NCBI GenBank assembly: GCA_003222205.1
Contig: QHVC01000044.1
Span: 2,510-66,509, forward strand
Direction of reading: 5' to 3'
DNA from: Gemmatimonadota bacterium
GTDB taxonomy: Bacteria; Gemmatimonadota; Gemmatimonadetes; Gemmatimonadales; GWC2-71-9
DNA length: 64,000 bases
Position 1 is the first letter of the stretch. The number at the start of each line of letters is the position of its first letter. A program made the translations under genes and the position numbers. Shown here piece after piece: positions 51,652 through 61,953 of the stretch. The notes beneath the pieces are model-generated. The model saw only the letters and a list, made by a program, of their open reading frames with translations, searched no databases and was not told where the DNA came from.

Positions 51652-52964
51652 TATGGCGAAAGATAGACGGTTCCGCCCTTCATAACGAACCGGACGCGCT
51701 GGAGTTCCGTGATGTCCCGCAGCGGGTCGCCGGCGACGGCGACGAGGTCCGCGTAGAACCCCACGGCCACCGCCCCGAGCTCGTCCTGCTCGCCCAGCAG
51801 CTCGGCGGCCACCGTCGTGCCCGACTTGATCGCCTGCATCGGCGTCATGCCGTACTGCACGTAGTACTCGAATTCTTTGGCCTGGTTGATCTCGGTCCAC
51901 GGAAAGCCGCCGACATCGGTGCCGAGGGCGATCTTGACCCCTTTCTGGACGCCACGCTGGAACGCGCGCTTCTGGTGCTGGGTCATCGGCCCCCACACGC
52001 CGCCGCGCGGTCCCGCCACGTACCAGGCGACGGTGACCGTCGGCACCCAGTAGGCGCCCTTGGCCTTGATGACGTCGAGCAGCGAGTCGGTCATGCCGTC
52101 CCCGTGCTCGATGGTGTTGACGCCGGCACGGAGCGCCGCCGCGATGCCGTCCGATCCGATCGCGTGGGCCGCGACGCGCCGGCCCAGGCGGTGCGTTTCG
52201 TCCACGATGGCCCGCGCCTCGTCGTCGGTGAAGTTCACCCAGCTGTGCAGCCCGCTGTCGGGGCTGAAATAGTAGCGGCGGTCCGAGTAGTACTTGATCC
52301 AGTCGGCGCCGTTGGCCACCTGCTGGCGCACGGCCAACCGCGCGCCGTCGACGCCGTCGACCGGCTGGACGCCGTGCGGCATCTCGATCTCCCAGTTGCT
52401 GCTCACGATCGGGTACATCCCCGTTGGGGCCATGGCGCGGGTCGACACGAACAGTCGCGGCCCCGGGACCTCGCCGCGGTTGATGGCGCGCTTGACGTCC
52501 ACGTCGGCGTACATCGCGCCTTCGGTTTCCACGTCGCGCAGGGCCGTAAAGCCGTGCTCCAGGGAGAGGCGCGCGTTCCGGGCCGCGAGGATGGCGCGGT
52601 AGGGGATCGACTGGTACAAGAGCTGCGCGTCGTACGACTCGGAGGTGGGATCGCCCTGCAGCAACAAGTGCGTGTGCGTGTCGATGAAGCCCGGCAGCAC
52701 GGTCATCTGCGAGAGATCGATGACCTTGGCGTTCTGCGCCTGGGCCTGTACCTGGGCGAGCGGCCCGACCGCCCGGATGCGGTCGCCGTCGATGAGGATG
52801 CCGACGTTGGCTTGGGCCTGGTCGGCGCGGCCGTCGATCAGGCGGCCCGCCTTGATGAGGATGGGCTGGGGCCGGGGCGCGGGCGGCGGTGGCGGCACGG
52901 CCTGGGCCGCGAGGGGGAACGCGCGGAGCGCGAGGACCGCGCTGAGCAACATGGAACGGCGCAT
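51651..52964 (-). CDS. Secreted amidohydrolase (imidazolonepropionase / Xaa-Pro dipeptidase-like)
   Basis: ATG 52964 is preceded by GGAGG. Signal MRRSMLLSAVLALRAFPLAAQA. PGFIDTHTHLL, AAHAIG and TIEHGD metal motifs. Confidence 0.85.
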   Translation of the reverse strand: MRRSMLLSAVLALRAFPLAAQAVPPPPPAPRPQPILIKAGRLIDGRADQAQANVGILIDGDRIRAVGPLAQVQAQAQNAKVIDLSQMTVLPGFIDTHTHLLLQGDPTSESYDAQLLYQSIPYRAILAARNARLSLEHGFTALRDVETEGAMYADVDVKRAINRGEVPGPRLFVSTRAMAPTGMYPIVSSNWEIEMPHGVQPVDGVDGARLAVRQQVANGADWIKYYSDRRYYFSPDSGLHSWVNFTDDEARAIVDETHRLGRRVAAHAIGSDGIAAALRAGVNTIEHGDGMTDSLLDVIKAKGAYWVPTVTVAWYVAGPRGGVWGPMTQHQKRAFQRGVQKGVKIALGTDVGGFPWTEINQAKEFEYYVQYGMTPMQAIKSGTTVAAELLGEQDELGAVAVGFYADLVAVAGDPLRDITELQRVRFVMKGGTVYLSP

Positions 52965-53036
52965 GGAAGTACCTCCGTCGGAGCGAGCCGAATCTCCCTC
53001 TGACCGCGGGACTGTCAAGGCGGTTAGATTCTCGGC

Positions 53037-54905
53037 ATGGCCACCGCCACCGAACCCCGGCGCCCCGTCAGTGCCGCCGAAGCGCGCGACGTCGCGGAAG
53101 CAGCGCGCGAGGCGGAGTGGGCCGCGCCCAGCTTCGTCCGCGACCTGTTTCTCGGCTCGCTGCGCCTCGACCTCATCCATCCCTATCCCGACCAGGATCC
53201 CGCCGAAGTCGCTCGCGCCAAGCCGTTTCTCGATCGGCTCACGCGCCTGATGCAGGAGGTCGACGCCGATCGCATCGACCGCGAGGGCGAGATCCCCGGC
53301 GACGTCATCGCGGCGCTCAAGGCGATGGGGGCGTTCGGCATCAAGATCCCGCGCGAATACGGCGGGCTCGGTCTCGCGCAGCTGTCGTACATGAAGGCGA
53401 TGGAGCTGGTCTCGAGCGTGGACGGCTCGCTGACGGCCCTGCTCTCGGCGCACCAATCCATCGGAGTGCCGCAGCCGCTCAAGATGTTCGGGAGCGAAGC
53501 CCAGAAGCAGAAGTACTTACCGCGCCTCGCCAAGGGCGCCGTGTCGGCGTTCGCCTTGACCGAGCCGAACGTCGGCTCGGACCCGGCGGCGATGGAGACG
53601 ACCGCGGTGCCGAGCGAGGACGGGCAGGCCTGGATCTTGAACGGCGAGAAGCTGTGGTGCACCAACGGCACCATCGCCGAGCTGCTGGTGGTGATGGCGC
53701 GGACCCCGTCGCAGGTCGTCCGGGGGAAGGAGAAACGGCAGATCACGGCGTTCATCGTCGAAGCGAACACGCCCGGCGTCGAGATCCTCCACCGCTGCCA
53801 TTTCATGGGCATCAAGGCGATGTACAACGGCGTGATCCGCTTCACCAACGTGCGCGTACCGAAGGAGAACGTGCTGTGGGGTGAGGGGAAGGGCCTGAAG
53901 CTGGCCTTGATCACGCTCAACACGGGACGGCTCACGCTCCCCATCGGCGCCGTCGCCGTGGGCAAGCGCTGTCTCGAGATCGTCCGCGACTGGGCGAACG
54001 AGCGCGTGCAGTGGGGTCGCAAGATCGGCCAGCACGACGCCATCGCGCAGAAGATCGGCACGATGGCCGCGAACACGTTCGCCATGGAAGCGGTCGCCGA
54101 GCTGTGCGGTGCCATGGCCGACCGCGGCGGCTACGACATCCGGCTCGAGGCGGCGATCGCCAAGCTATACAACTCGGAGGGCGGGTGGCGGATCATCGAC
54201 GATACCGTGCAGATCCGCGGCGGCCGCGGCTACGAGACCGCCGACTCGCTGCGGGCCCGCGGCGAGAAGCCCTACCCCGTCGAGCGCATCATGCGCGATT
54301 TCCGCATCAACCTCATCTTCGAGGGCTCGAGCGAGATCATGCACCTGTTCATCGCCCGCGAGGCGCTGGACAAGCACCTCGAGGTCGCGGGCGACGTGGT
54401 GCTCCCCGGCAAGACGTTGGGCCAGCGGCTCGCCGGGCTGGTGCGCGCGGGGCTGTTCTACGCGCGCTGGTATCCGGCGCGGTGGCTGGGGTGGGGCTTC
54501 TGGCCCCGCTATCGCGAGTTCGGGCCACTGGCGCCGCACTTGCGCTACGTCGCCCGCGGGGCGCGACGGCTGGCCCGGGGGATTTTCCACTCGATGGTGC
54601 GCTTCGGCCCCAAGCTCGAATACCGTCAGGCCGTGCTGTTCCGGCTCGTGGATGTGGGGGCGGAGCTGTTCGCCATGGCGGCCGCGTGCAGCCGGGCGCA
54701 GTGGCTGCTGGGGCGCGACCCCGAGACGGGAAAGCGGGCGGTCGACCTCGCCGATCTGTTCTGCCAGCAGGCGCGGGGGCGGATCAATGCCAAGTTCGCA
54801 GGGCTGTGGCGCAACGAAGACGCGCACACGTATCGCGCTGCACAGGATGTTCTAGCAGGGAAGCACCGGTGGCTTGAGGGGGGAACGGTGGATGTGAAGT
54901 TCTAG
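53037..54905 (+). CDS. Acyl-CoA dehydrogenase (long, VLCAD/ACAD9-like with C-terminal extension)
   Basis: FALTEPNVGSDPAAM, KLWCTNG and QIRGGRGYETA motifs. 622 aa. Confidence 0.9.
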   Translation: MATATEPRRPVSAAEARDVAEAAREAEWAAPSFVRDLFLGSLRLDLIHPYPDQDPAEVARAKPFLDRLTRLMQEVDADRIDREGEIPGDVIAALKAMGAFGIKIPREYGGLGLAQLSYMKAMELVSSVDGSLTALLSAHQSIGVPQPLKMFGSEAQKQKYLPRLAKGAVSAFALTEPNVGSDPAAMETTAVPSEDGQAWILNGEKLWCTNGTIAELLVVMARTPSQVVRGKEKRQITAFIVEANTPGVEILHRCHFMGIKAMYNGVIRFTNVRVPKENVLWGEGKGLKLALITLNTGRLTLPIGAVAVGKRCLEIVRDWANERVQWGRKIGQHDAIAQKIGTMAANTFAMEAVAELCGAMADRGGYDIRLEAAIAKLYNSEGGWRIIDDTVQIRGGRGYETADSLRARGEKPYPVERIMRDFRINLIFEGSSEIMHLFIAREALDKHLEVAGDVVLPGKTLGQRLAGLVRAGLFYARWYPARWLGWGFWPRYREFGPLAPHLRYVARGARRLARGIFHSMVRFGPKLEYRQAVLFRLVDVGAELFAMAAACSRAQWLLGRDPETGKRAVDLADLFCQQARGRINAKFAGLWRNEDAHTYRAAQDVLAGKHRWLEGGTVDVKF

Positions 54906-54909
54906 GGAC

Positions 54910-55569
54910 CTAGGCTGCTTGGTGTGCAATCATGATACTCTTCAAACGTTCCGGGGCTTCTCCTACCGAATCAGCGTAGGGCATCGGGTGTCCGTCGGGT
55001 TCCATCACGATGGAGGGACAGACGAGCGGATAGTGCCGGGCGCGGATGCGCTCGGCGGCCGGCTCCGTCGCCACCGGCGTCGCGACGACCACGTCGCGGG
55101 CGCCCTGCTGCTCGGCCGCTTTAGCGGCGGCGAGCACCTTCCACGGGTAGATGAGCTGGCCGTCCACGATCACCGCGGTGCGCCCCGCGAGGCTCTTGAG
55201 GGGGCGCTGGGTGCGGTAGAGGATCAGGTCCTGCCGGACGCGGGCGCGCGACTCGTCGATCGCCGACGCGAGCTTGTCGATGAGGTTGCCGCCGGGCTGG
55301 AAGTCGGGATCGATCTCGGCGTCGGCGGCCTCGGCCATCGCGCCGATGGGAGCGAGGTTCGAGCCGAGGCGGATGAACGCCGCCACGATGACGTCGAACT
55401 GCGCGCCCATCGCCGTGGCGGCGTGCGCGGCGACCTCGACGCCTTCGGGCGTGACGCCCAACAGGACGCAGGACTGATAGCCCCGGGACGCGAGCTGCTG
55501 CCCGAGGATCGCCCCCGCGCCGGACTTGGTCGGGTAGAGGCTGGTGCGCGGCTTCGACGGGCTGGTCAT
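54910..55569 (-). CDS. Phosphoribosyltransferase-like protein (degenerate PRPP loop)
   Basis: LLGVTPEGVEVAAHAATAMGAQFDVIV and GRTAVIVDGQLIYPWKVLAAAKAAEQQGARDVVVATPV follow the PRT type-I layout, but the acidic-TG loop is not canonical. Confidence 0.6.
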   Translation of the reverse strand: MTSPSKPRTSLYPTKSGAGAILGQQLASRGYQSCVLLGVTPEGVEVAAHAATAMGAQFDVIVAAFIRLGSNLAPIGAMAEAADAEIDPDFQPGGNLIDKLASAIDESRARVRQDLILYRTQRPLKSLAGRTAVIVDGQLIYPWKVLAAAKAAEQQGARDVVVATPVATEPAAERIRARHYPLVCPSIVMEPDGHPMPYADSVGEAPERLKSIMIAHQAA

Positions 55570-55579
55570 CGCGCCCCAA

Positions 55580-55596
55580 AATAGGATGACCCTATT
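55580..55596. promoter_or_regulatory. Palindrome AATAGG-N5-CCTATT in the divergent PRTase/gltA intergenic region
   Basis: aataggatgaccctatt read directly in the 59-nt intergenic region. An operator role is speculative. Confidence 0.25.
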
Positions 55597-55628
55597 AGCT
55601 TTCGCCAGCCACTTTCCAGGACCCCGCG

Positions 55629-56915
<1,287 letters not shown>

Positions 56916-56940
56916 GGCGTGAAGGCAACATCGTAGAGGC

Positions 56941-58158
56941 TCAACGCCGTCTTCGCGCAGCCCCAGTTCGACCGCGCACCGTGACAGAGCGCCGGGGCAC
57001 AGCCGGCTCAGCGGTCCGCGGCTGCAGCGGCGCCACCGACGGCTCGAATCCCGGAATCACTTCCCGCGGGAACGTCTGCCCGATCAGCTTCTCGATGTCG
57101 GCCATGAGCAGCCACTCATCGGGTGAGAGCAGCGTGAGCGCGAGCCCCCGCGCCCCAGCCCGGGCCGTGCGGCCCACGCGGTGCACGTAGATCTCCGCAT
57201 CCGCCGGCACGTCGAAGTTCACGACCATGCGGATCCCGTCCACGTCGATCCCGCGCGCCGCGATGTCGGTCGCGACGAGGATCTCCGACACCCCCCGGCG
57301 GAACGCCTCGAGCGTGCGCGTGCGGTGGCTCTGCGCCTTATCGCCGTGGAGCGCGTGGGCGGGGATCCCTTCCTTCTTCAGGTACCCCGCCAGCTTGTCC
57401 GCGCCGTACTTGGTGCGGGTGAACACCAGCGTCTGACCCGCGGGCTTCGCCTGCAGGATCTTGGCGAGGGCGTCCCGCTTCTGAAGCTTGTCCACCGCGA
57501 CGATGACGTGCTCGATGCCGTCGGCGGCCTGGGCGCGGCGGCCGATCTCGACCGACGCGTGGCCGTTCAAGGCCGTGCGGGCGAGCGCGTCCACCTCCGG
57601 CGAGATTGTCGCGGAGAAGAGCAAGGTCTGACGCTCGACCGGCAGCTCGCGGAGGATGCGGCGTACGTCAGGGGCGAAGCCCATGTCCAGCATGCGGTCG
57701 GCTTCGTCCAGGACGAGAACCTCGAGCCGCGAATAGTCGACGTGGCCGCGCTCCATGTGGTCGAGCAGCCGGCCCGGCGTGGCGACGACGATGTCCACAC
57801 CGCGGCGCAGCGCCTGCGTCTGCGGCTCGAGCCCCACGCCGCCATAGACCGCGGCGGCGCTGAGCCGCGTGTGGCGGCCATAGGCGAGCGCGCTCTGCAA
57901 CACCTGCTCGGCCAGTTCGCGGGTAGGCACGAGAATCAGGGCCCGCAGGGTGTGGCGCGGATCGGGCGCGAGCCGCTGCAGGATCGGCAGCATGAATGCC
58001 GCCGTCTTGCCGGTCCCGGTCTGGGCGGAGCCGATGAGATCGCGACCCTCGAGGGCCAGCGGGATCGTCTCCTGCTGAATGGGAGTGGGGCGCTCGTAGC
58101 CTTCTTCGGCGACGGCGCGCAGTAATTCGGGCACGAGGCCCAGGGCTGCAAATGACAT
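56941..58158 (-). CDS. rhlE: DEAD-box ATP-dependent RNA helicase (RhlE-like)
   Basis: Starts MSFAALGLVPELL (Met22 of the ORF). Q motif PTPIQ, AQTGTGKT, DEAD, SAT, HRVGRTARAG. Arg-rich C-terminal tail. Confidence 0.9.
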   Translation of the reverse strand: MSFAALGLVPELLRAVAEEGYERPTPIQQETIPLALEGRDLIGSAQTGTGKTAAFMLPILQRLAPDPRHTLRALILVPTRELAEQVLQSALAYGRHTRLSAAAVYGGVGLEPQTQALRRGVDIVVATPGRLLDHMERGHVDYSRLEVLVLDEADRMLDMGFAPDVRRILRELPVERQTLLFSATISPEVDALARTALNGHASVEIGRRAQAADGIEHVIVAVDKLQKRDALAKILQAKPAGQTLVFTRTKYGADKLAGYLKKEGIPAHALHGDKAQSHRTRTLEAFRRGVSEILVATDIAARGIDVDGIRMVVNFDVPADAEIYVHRVGRTARAGARGLALTLLSPDEWLLMADIEKLIGQTFPREVIPGFEPSVAPLQPRTAEPAVPRRSVTVRGRTGAARRRR

Positions 58159-58344
58159 GACAAGCTTCCTCACACACACGCCCATCGCCCGGCGGCCCAA
58201 TGCCACCGGTGGCGACGTCACTGCGATTTGAACCTGGGGAATGAGACCGGGCGTGTGTACAGCGCCGGAGCCCGCTCCTGAGCGGGGCTGTCCTTCGGAA
58301 GGATGCCAGCTCGCGGTTCTTGAACTACGACTGAACCTTAACTA

Positions 58345-58420
58345 CGTGGAGGCGCTACGTCAATGAGAACCGTGGAGGAACACCGTGAAGTACGGTTCCC
58401 CTCCACGATGTCCCTCCACG
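58345..58420. repeat. Inverted array of the 13-mer family (core CGTGGAGGGA) just downstream of the TolB-amidohydrolase gene
   Basis: cgtggaggcg (58345), cgtggaggaa (58371), then inverted tcccctccacg (58397-58407) and tccctccacg (58411-58420). The central arms can pair (CGTGGAGGAACACCGT / ACGGTTCCCCTCCACG, imperfect). Confidence 0.85.
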
Positions 58421-58435
58421 GTTTCACTCGACGCT

Positions 58436-61400
58436 TTACTTGCTGTTCGGCTCCTGCCCCCACCACCACATCCTTCCCAGCGGCTTCTGGCGGGGCCAGG
58501 CCTCGTTCAACGTCTCGCCCTCGTAGAGCCGTCCGTTCTTCATCACGTAGCGGATGGTGTTGGTGTTGTGGATGTCCTCGAGCGGGTTGGCGTCGAGCAC
58601 GATGAGATCCGCGAGCTTGCCCGGCTCGATCGAGCCGAGGTCGTGCTCCATGCCGAGGGCGTGGGCGCCGTCACTGGTGCCGACCTGCAGCACCTCGTGC
58701 GGCGTCATCCCGCCCGCCGCCATCGCCCACAGCTCCCAGTGGCATCCCAACCCGTCCAATTGGCCGTGGCACCCCAGCCCGATATTGCCGCCGGCCCGCA
58801 GCACCGCCGCCGCGCCGGCGGCGATGCGGGGGAACACGTACTGGTTGTCGCGGAACCAGGGGCGCCGCTCGGCGCGCTGGTCGATCTCCTCGTGGGGGAT
58901 AAAGCGCCGGATCTTGGTGTTGTCGTGGATGTCGAAGTGCTCGTAGAAGTAGTTCTCGCTGAACGGCCCGCCGTAGGAGACGAGCAGCGTCGGGGTGTAG
59001 GTGATCCCCGATTGCGCCGTGAGTTGCACCGCGTCCTGGTAGAGCGGCATGATCGGGTAGGCGTGCTCGTGCCCCGGATACCCGTCCAGCATCTCCGTCA
59101 GGTTCATCTTGAAGTCGAGCCCGCCCTCGGTCGTCGGCATCAGGCCGAGCTCCTTGGCCGCCATGATCACCCACTGGCGCTGCTTGCGGTTCCCGGTCAT
59201 GTACTCCTTGATCCACTTGGTCCCGTAGAACTCGCTGTAGCGGCGCAGGGCGTTGCGGGTGTCGTCCAAGGTCTGGAAGTTCTCGTCCCAGAAGACGCCG
59301 GGCCCCGTGTGATAGATGCGCGGGCCGATGAGCTCGCCGGTCTCGACCTGGTCGGCGTAGGTGAGCACGTCGGTGGTGGCGGTTTGCGGATCCCGCGTTG
59401 TGGTCACGCCCCAGGCGAGGTTCGCCAGGTATTTCCAGACCTGGGTCTGGTGGATCCCCCACGTCGGCCACGGATGGGCGTGCACGTCGATGAAGCCGGG
59501 GATGATCGTCTTGCCGGCGACGTCCATCACCCGGGCGCCGGCGGGGACCGCGCAGCTGCCGCGCGCGCCCACGCACGCGATGCGATTGTCGGTGACCACC
59601 ACGTCCCCGCTCTCGATGACCTCATTCCCTTTCATCGAGACGACGCGGGCGCCCCGCAGCACGAGGCTGCCGCGCGGGACGTCGCGCGGCGCGCGGATCG
59701 TCACGTCCACGCGAGGCGGGTCGTAGGCGGGCTGTTTCTTGAGCGAATCCACGCGGGCCCGGAACGCGGAGTCGGGCTTCCAGCCCTTGGCGCTGTCCGG
59801 CTTCAAGGAGTCGGCACGCACCGAGTCGACCACGGCCTTGAGCTTCTCGGCGGAATCGGCGACGACCGGATCGTAGCGGAAGAAGCTGCGCCCGATCGAC
59901 CAGTACACCGACTTGCCGTCCGGCGCCCAACCGATGAAGTCGCCGCCGATCCGCGTCAGCCGCTTCACGGGGAACGGCGCCGAGGACGGATCGGAGACAT
60001 TGATGCTGGGCGTCTCGCCGCCGAGCTCCGGCAGCGTCACCAGGTAGACGTTGTTCCCCGCCTGCGCCAGCACGCGATCGGTGTCGGGCGCGACGAGGAT
60101 CTCGTCCGCGGGCTGCGGCTCCGAGCCCGGCCCGGGGTAGGTGTACCCGGTGACCTTGAGGTACGCGCGCCGGTCGGTGCCGTCGAAGCGGATCGAGACG
60201 AGCCCCTCCGGACCGGCGTAGTAGAAGATGCGGTTGGGGTCGCGCCCGAAATGCGGCCGCCCCCAGCCATCATAGGGCGTCACGCGCGTGGCGGCGCCGC
60301 CGGCCGCCGGGACCCAGTCCAGCTCATAGCCGGGACCGAAGTGCTCGGTGATGCGCGGCGCGCGCGGCCCCTTCACGAACACCACCTTCTGTCCGTCCGG
60401 CGACCACACGGGAACGTCGTAGAACGCCACGTCCGGCGTCAGCCGCAGTGGCGCGCCGCGGCCGTCGGCGCGGACCTTCATGAGGGTGCCGCCGTCCTCC
60501 GTCCAGGTGACGTAGGCGATCCACTGGCCGTCGGGTGACCAGGCCGGCACCTGCTCGTGCACCGTGTCGGAAGTGAGGCGCCGCGGCGTCCCGCCCGGGA
60601 GGTCCATCACGTAGAGCTTGTCGAGCGCGCTGAACACCAGCCGGCGGCCGTCGGGGGAAGTGCTCGCGTTGCGGATCTGGCGCGCCAGCACCTGCCCGGT
60701 GTCGGCGCGATTGTCGAAGCGCACCAGGGGCCCGAGGTTCTGCTCGACGTGCGCGGTGAACGGGATCTCGCTCGCCTGCCCCGTGGCGATGTCGACGCGC
60801 ATGATCTTGCCGCCGTACGCCGTGATCAGCGCCCTCGAGTCCGGCGTGAAGGCGCTGCCGGGCATCAAGTCGCGCGTGAAGCGCGACTCCTGATCGTCGT
60901 GCTGCACGGGGTACACGAGCCAGCGCTCGTCGCCCGTCGCCAGGTTGCGCAACCGCAGCCCCGTTTCGGCGTCGTAGCGCGTCGCATACACGAGCCACTT
61001 GCCGTCGGGCGACAGCACCGGGCGCATGGCGCTGCCGTAGAGGTCGGTCTGCGTGAAGATGCGTCCGGTCTGCCGGTCGTAGATGGCGAGCTGCCACAGG
61101 GGATACTGGAGGTTGTAGCCGAAGCCCCCGCGATGCCGGCTCACCCAGATGTAGCGCGGGTCGCGGCCGAACGCGGCGCTGAGCGTGTTCATCGCGGGCA
61201 CGCCGGGACGCGGCGGCGGCAGCTTCACCATGCCGGTGCCCGAGCCGCCGTCCTTGTGGTACAGCCACAACTCGTAGGTGCTGCCGAGCACGCCGCTGGT
61301 GCGCGACGCGACGATGTAGTTGCCGTCCGGGGTCCACACCGGCGAGGCGTACAGCTGGTTGCCGCCCTTCGTGAGCGCCTTGGCGTGCGTCCCGTCGGCG

Positions 61401-61783
61401 TCGCAGACCCAGATGTTCTCGCCGCCGCTGCGGTCGGAGAGGAACACGATATGCCGGCCGTCGGGCGAGTACCGGGGTTGCGAGTCGAACGCGGGCCCGG
61501 AGGTGATGCGCGTCGCGGCCCCGCCAGTCACGGGCATCGTGTACAGGTCGCCCAGCAGCTCGAACACAATTGTCTTGCCGTCGGGCGAGACGTCGAGGGA
61601 GAGCCAGGTGCCTTCGTGCGCGTCGAACTCGACCTTGCGGGTCGGCGTGAGCGGCAGCGAGTCGGTCCTCGCTCGGTGCGTCGTGTCGGCGCGCGGCGCC
61701 GGCGGGTTCTGCGCCGCAGCAGTCGAGGGCGGGGCGTACGTGAGCGCGGCGGCGGCGAACGTCGCGACGAGAACGTGGCGCAT
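58436..61783 (-). CDS. Secreted TolB-like beta-propeller + amidohydrolase fusion protein (1115 aa)
   Basis: Start at MRHVLVATFAAAALTYA (Met16). WD40-like/TolB repeats (PRYSPDGRHIVFLSDRSG, PVWTPDGNYIV, PAWSPDGQWIAYV, PVWSPDGQKVVFV). C-terminal PGFIDVHAHPW and GCHGQLDG amidohydrolase motifs. Confidence 0.8.
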   Translation of the reverse strand: MRHVLVATFAAAALTYAPPSTAAAQNPPAPRADTTHRARTDSLPLTPTRKVEFDAHEGTWLSLDVSPDGKTIVFELLGDLYTMPVTGGAATRITSGPAFDSQPRYSPDGRHIVFLSDRSGGENIWVCDADGTHAKALTKGGNQLYASPVWTPDGNYIVASRTSGVLGSTYELWLYHKDGGSGTGMVKLPPPRPGVPAMNTLSAAFGRDPRYIWVSRHRGGFGYNLQYPLWQLAIYDRQTGRIFTQTDLYGSAMRPVLSPDGKWLVYATRYDAETGLRLRNLATGDERWLVYPVQHDDQESRFTRDLMPGSAFTPDSRALITAYGGKIMRVDIATGQASEIPFTAHVEQNLGPLVRFDNRADTGQVLARQIRNASTSPDGRRLVFSALDKLYVMDLPGGTPRRLTSDTVHEQVPAWSPDGQWIAYVTWTEDGGTLMKVRADGRGAPLRLTPDVAFYDVPVWSPDGQKVVFVKGPRAPRITEHFGPGYELDWVPAAGGAATRVTPYDGWGRPHFGRDPNRIFYYAGPEGLVSIRFDGTDRRAYLKVTGYTYPGPGSEPQPADEILVAPDTDRVLAQAGNNVYLVTLPELGGETPSINVSDPSSAPFPVKRLTRIGGDFIGWAPDGKSVYWSIGRSFFRYDPVVADSAEKLKAVVDSVRADSLKPDSAKGWKPDSAFRARVDSLKKQPAYDPPRVDVTIRAPRDVPRGSLVLRGARVVSMKGNEVIESGDVVVTDNRIACVGARGSCAVPAGARVMDVAGKTIIPGFIDVHAHPWPTWGIHQTQVWKYLANLAWGVTTTRDPQTATTDVLTYADQVETGELIGPRIYHTGPGVFWDENFQTLDDTRNALRRYSEFYGTKWIKEYMTGNRKQRQWVIMAAKELGLMPTTEGGLDFKMNLTEMLDGYPGHEHAYPIMPLYQDAVQLTAQSGITYTPTLLVSYGGPFSENYFYEHFDIHDNTKIRRFIPHEEIDQRAERRPWFRDNQYVFPRIAAGAAAVLRAGGNIGLGCHGQLDGLGCHWELWAMAAGGMTPHEVLQVGTSDGAHALGMEHDLGSIEPGKLADLIVLDANPLEDIHNTNTIRYVMKNGRLYEGETLNEAWPRQKPLGRMWWWGQEPNSK

Positions 61784-61811
61784 GTCGGAACTCCGCGGTG
61801 AGAAACGACGG

Positions 61812-61953
61812 CGTGAGGGGACGAACAAAACTGAAGGCGTGGAGGGACGACGTCAACCAAACACCGTGGAGGGAAATCGTGGAGGGAAGACGTTTACGGG
61901 TTCCCTCTACGTCGTCTCTCTACGTCGTCCCTCCACGTCGTTCCTCAACGTTT
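61812..61953. repeat. Long inverted tandem array of the 13-mer family (core CGTGGAGGGA / TCCCTCCACG) between the TolB-amidohydrolase and SURF1 genes
   Basis: Left arm units at 61812 (cgtgagggga), 61838, 61865 and 61878 (cgtggaggga) on a 13-nt register. Right arm: tccctctacgtcg, tctctctacgtcg, tccctccacgtcg, ttcctcaacgttt (61902-61953). The right arm covers the SURF1 stop and its last 10 codons. Confidence 0.9.

Noticed and set aside
58210-58240. tRNA-like fragment: minus-strand GGTTCAAATC (T-loop-like) followed by ...CGCCA
   Set aside because: The flanking bases do not pair into a T-stem or acceptor stem, and no D or anticodon arms can be drawn. At most it is a remnant and more likely chance.
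61812-61953. Possible CRISPR array (regular 13-nt periodicity)
   Set aside because: Units are only 13 nt, directly abutting, with no unique spacers. The two halves are inverted. No cas genes are present. This is a tandem/inverted repeat, not CRISPR.
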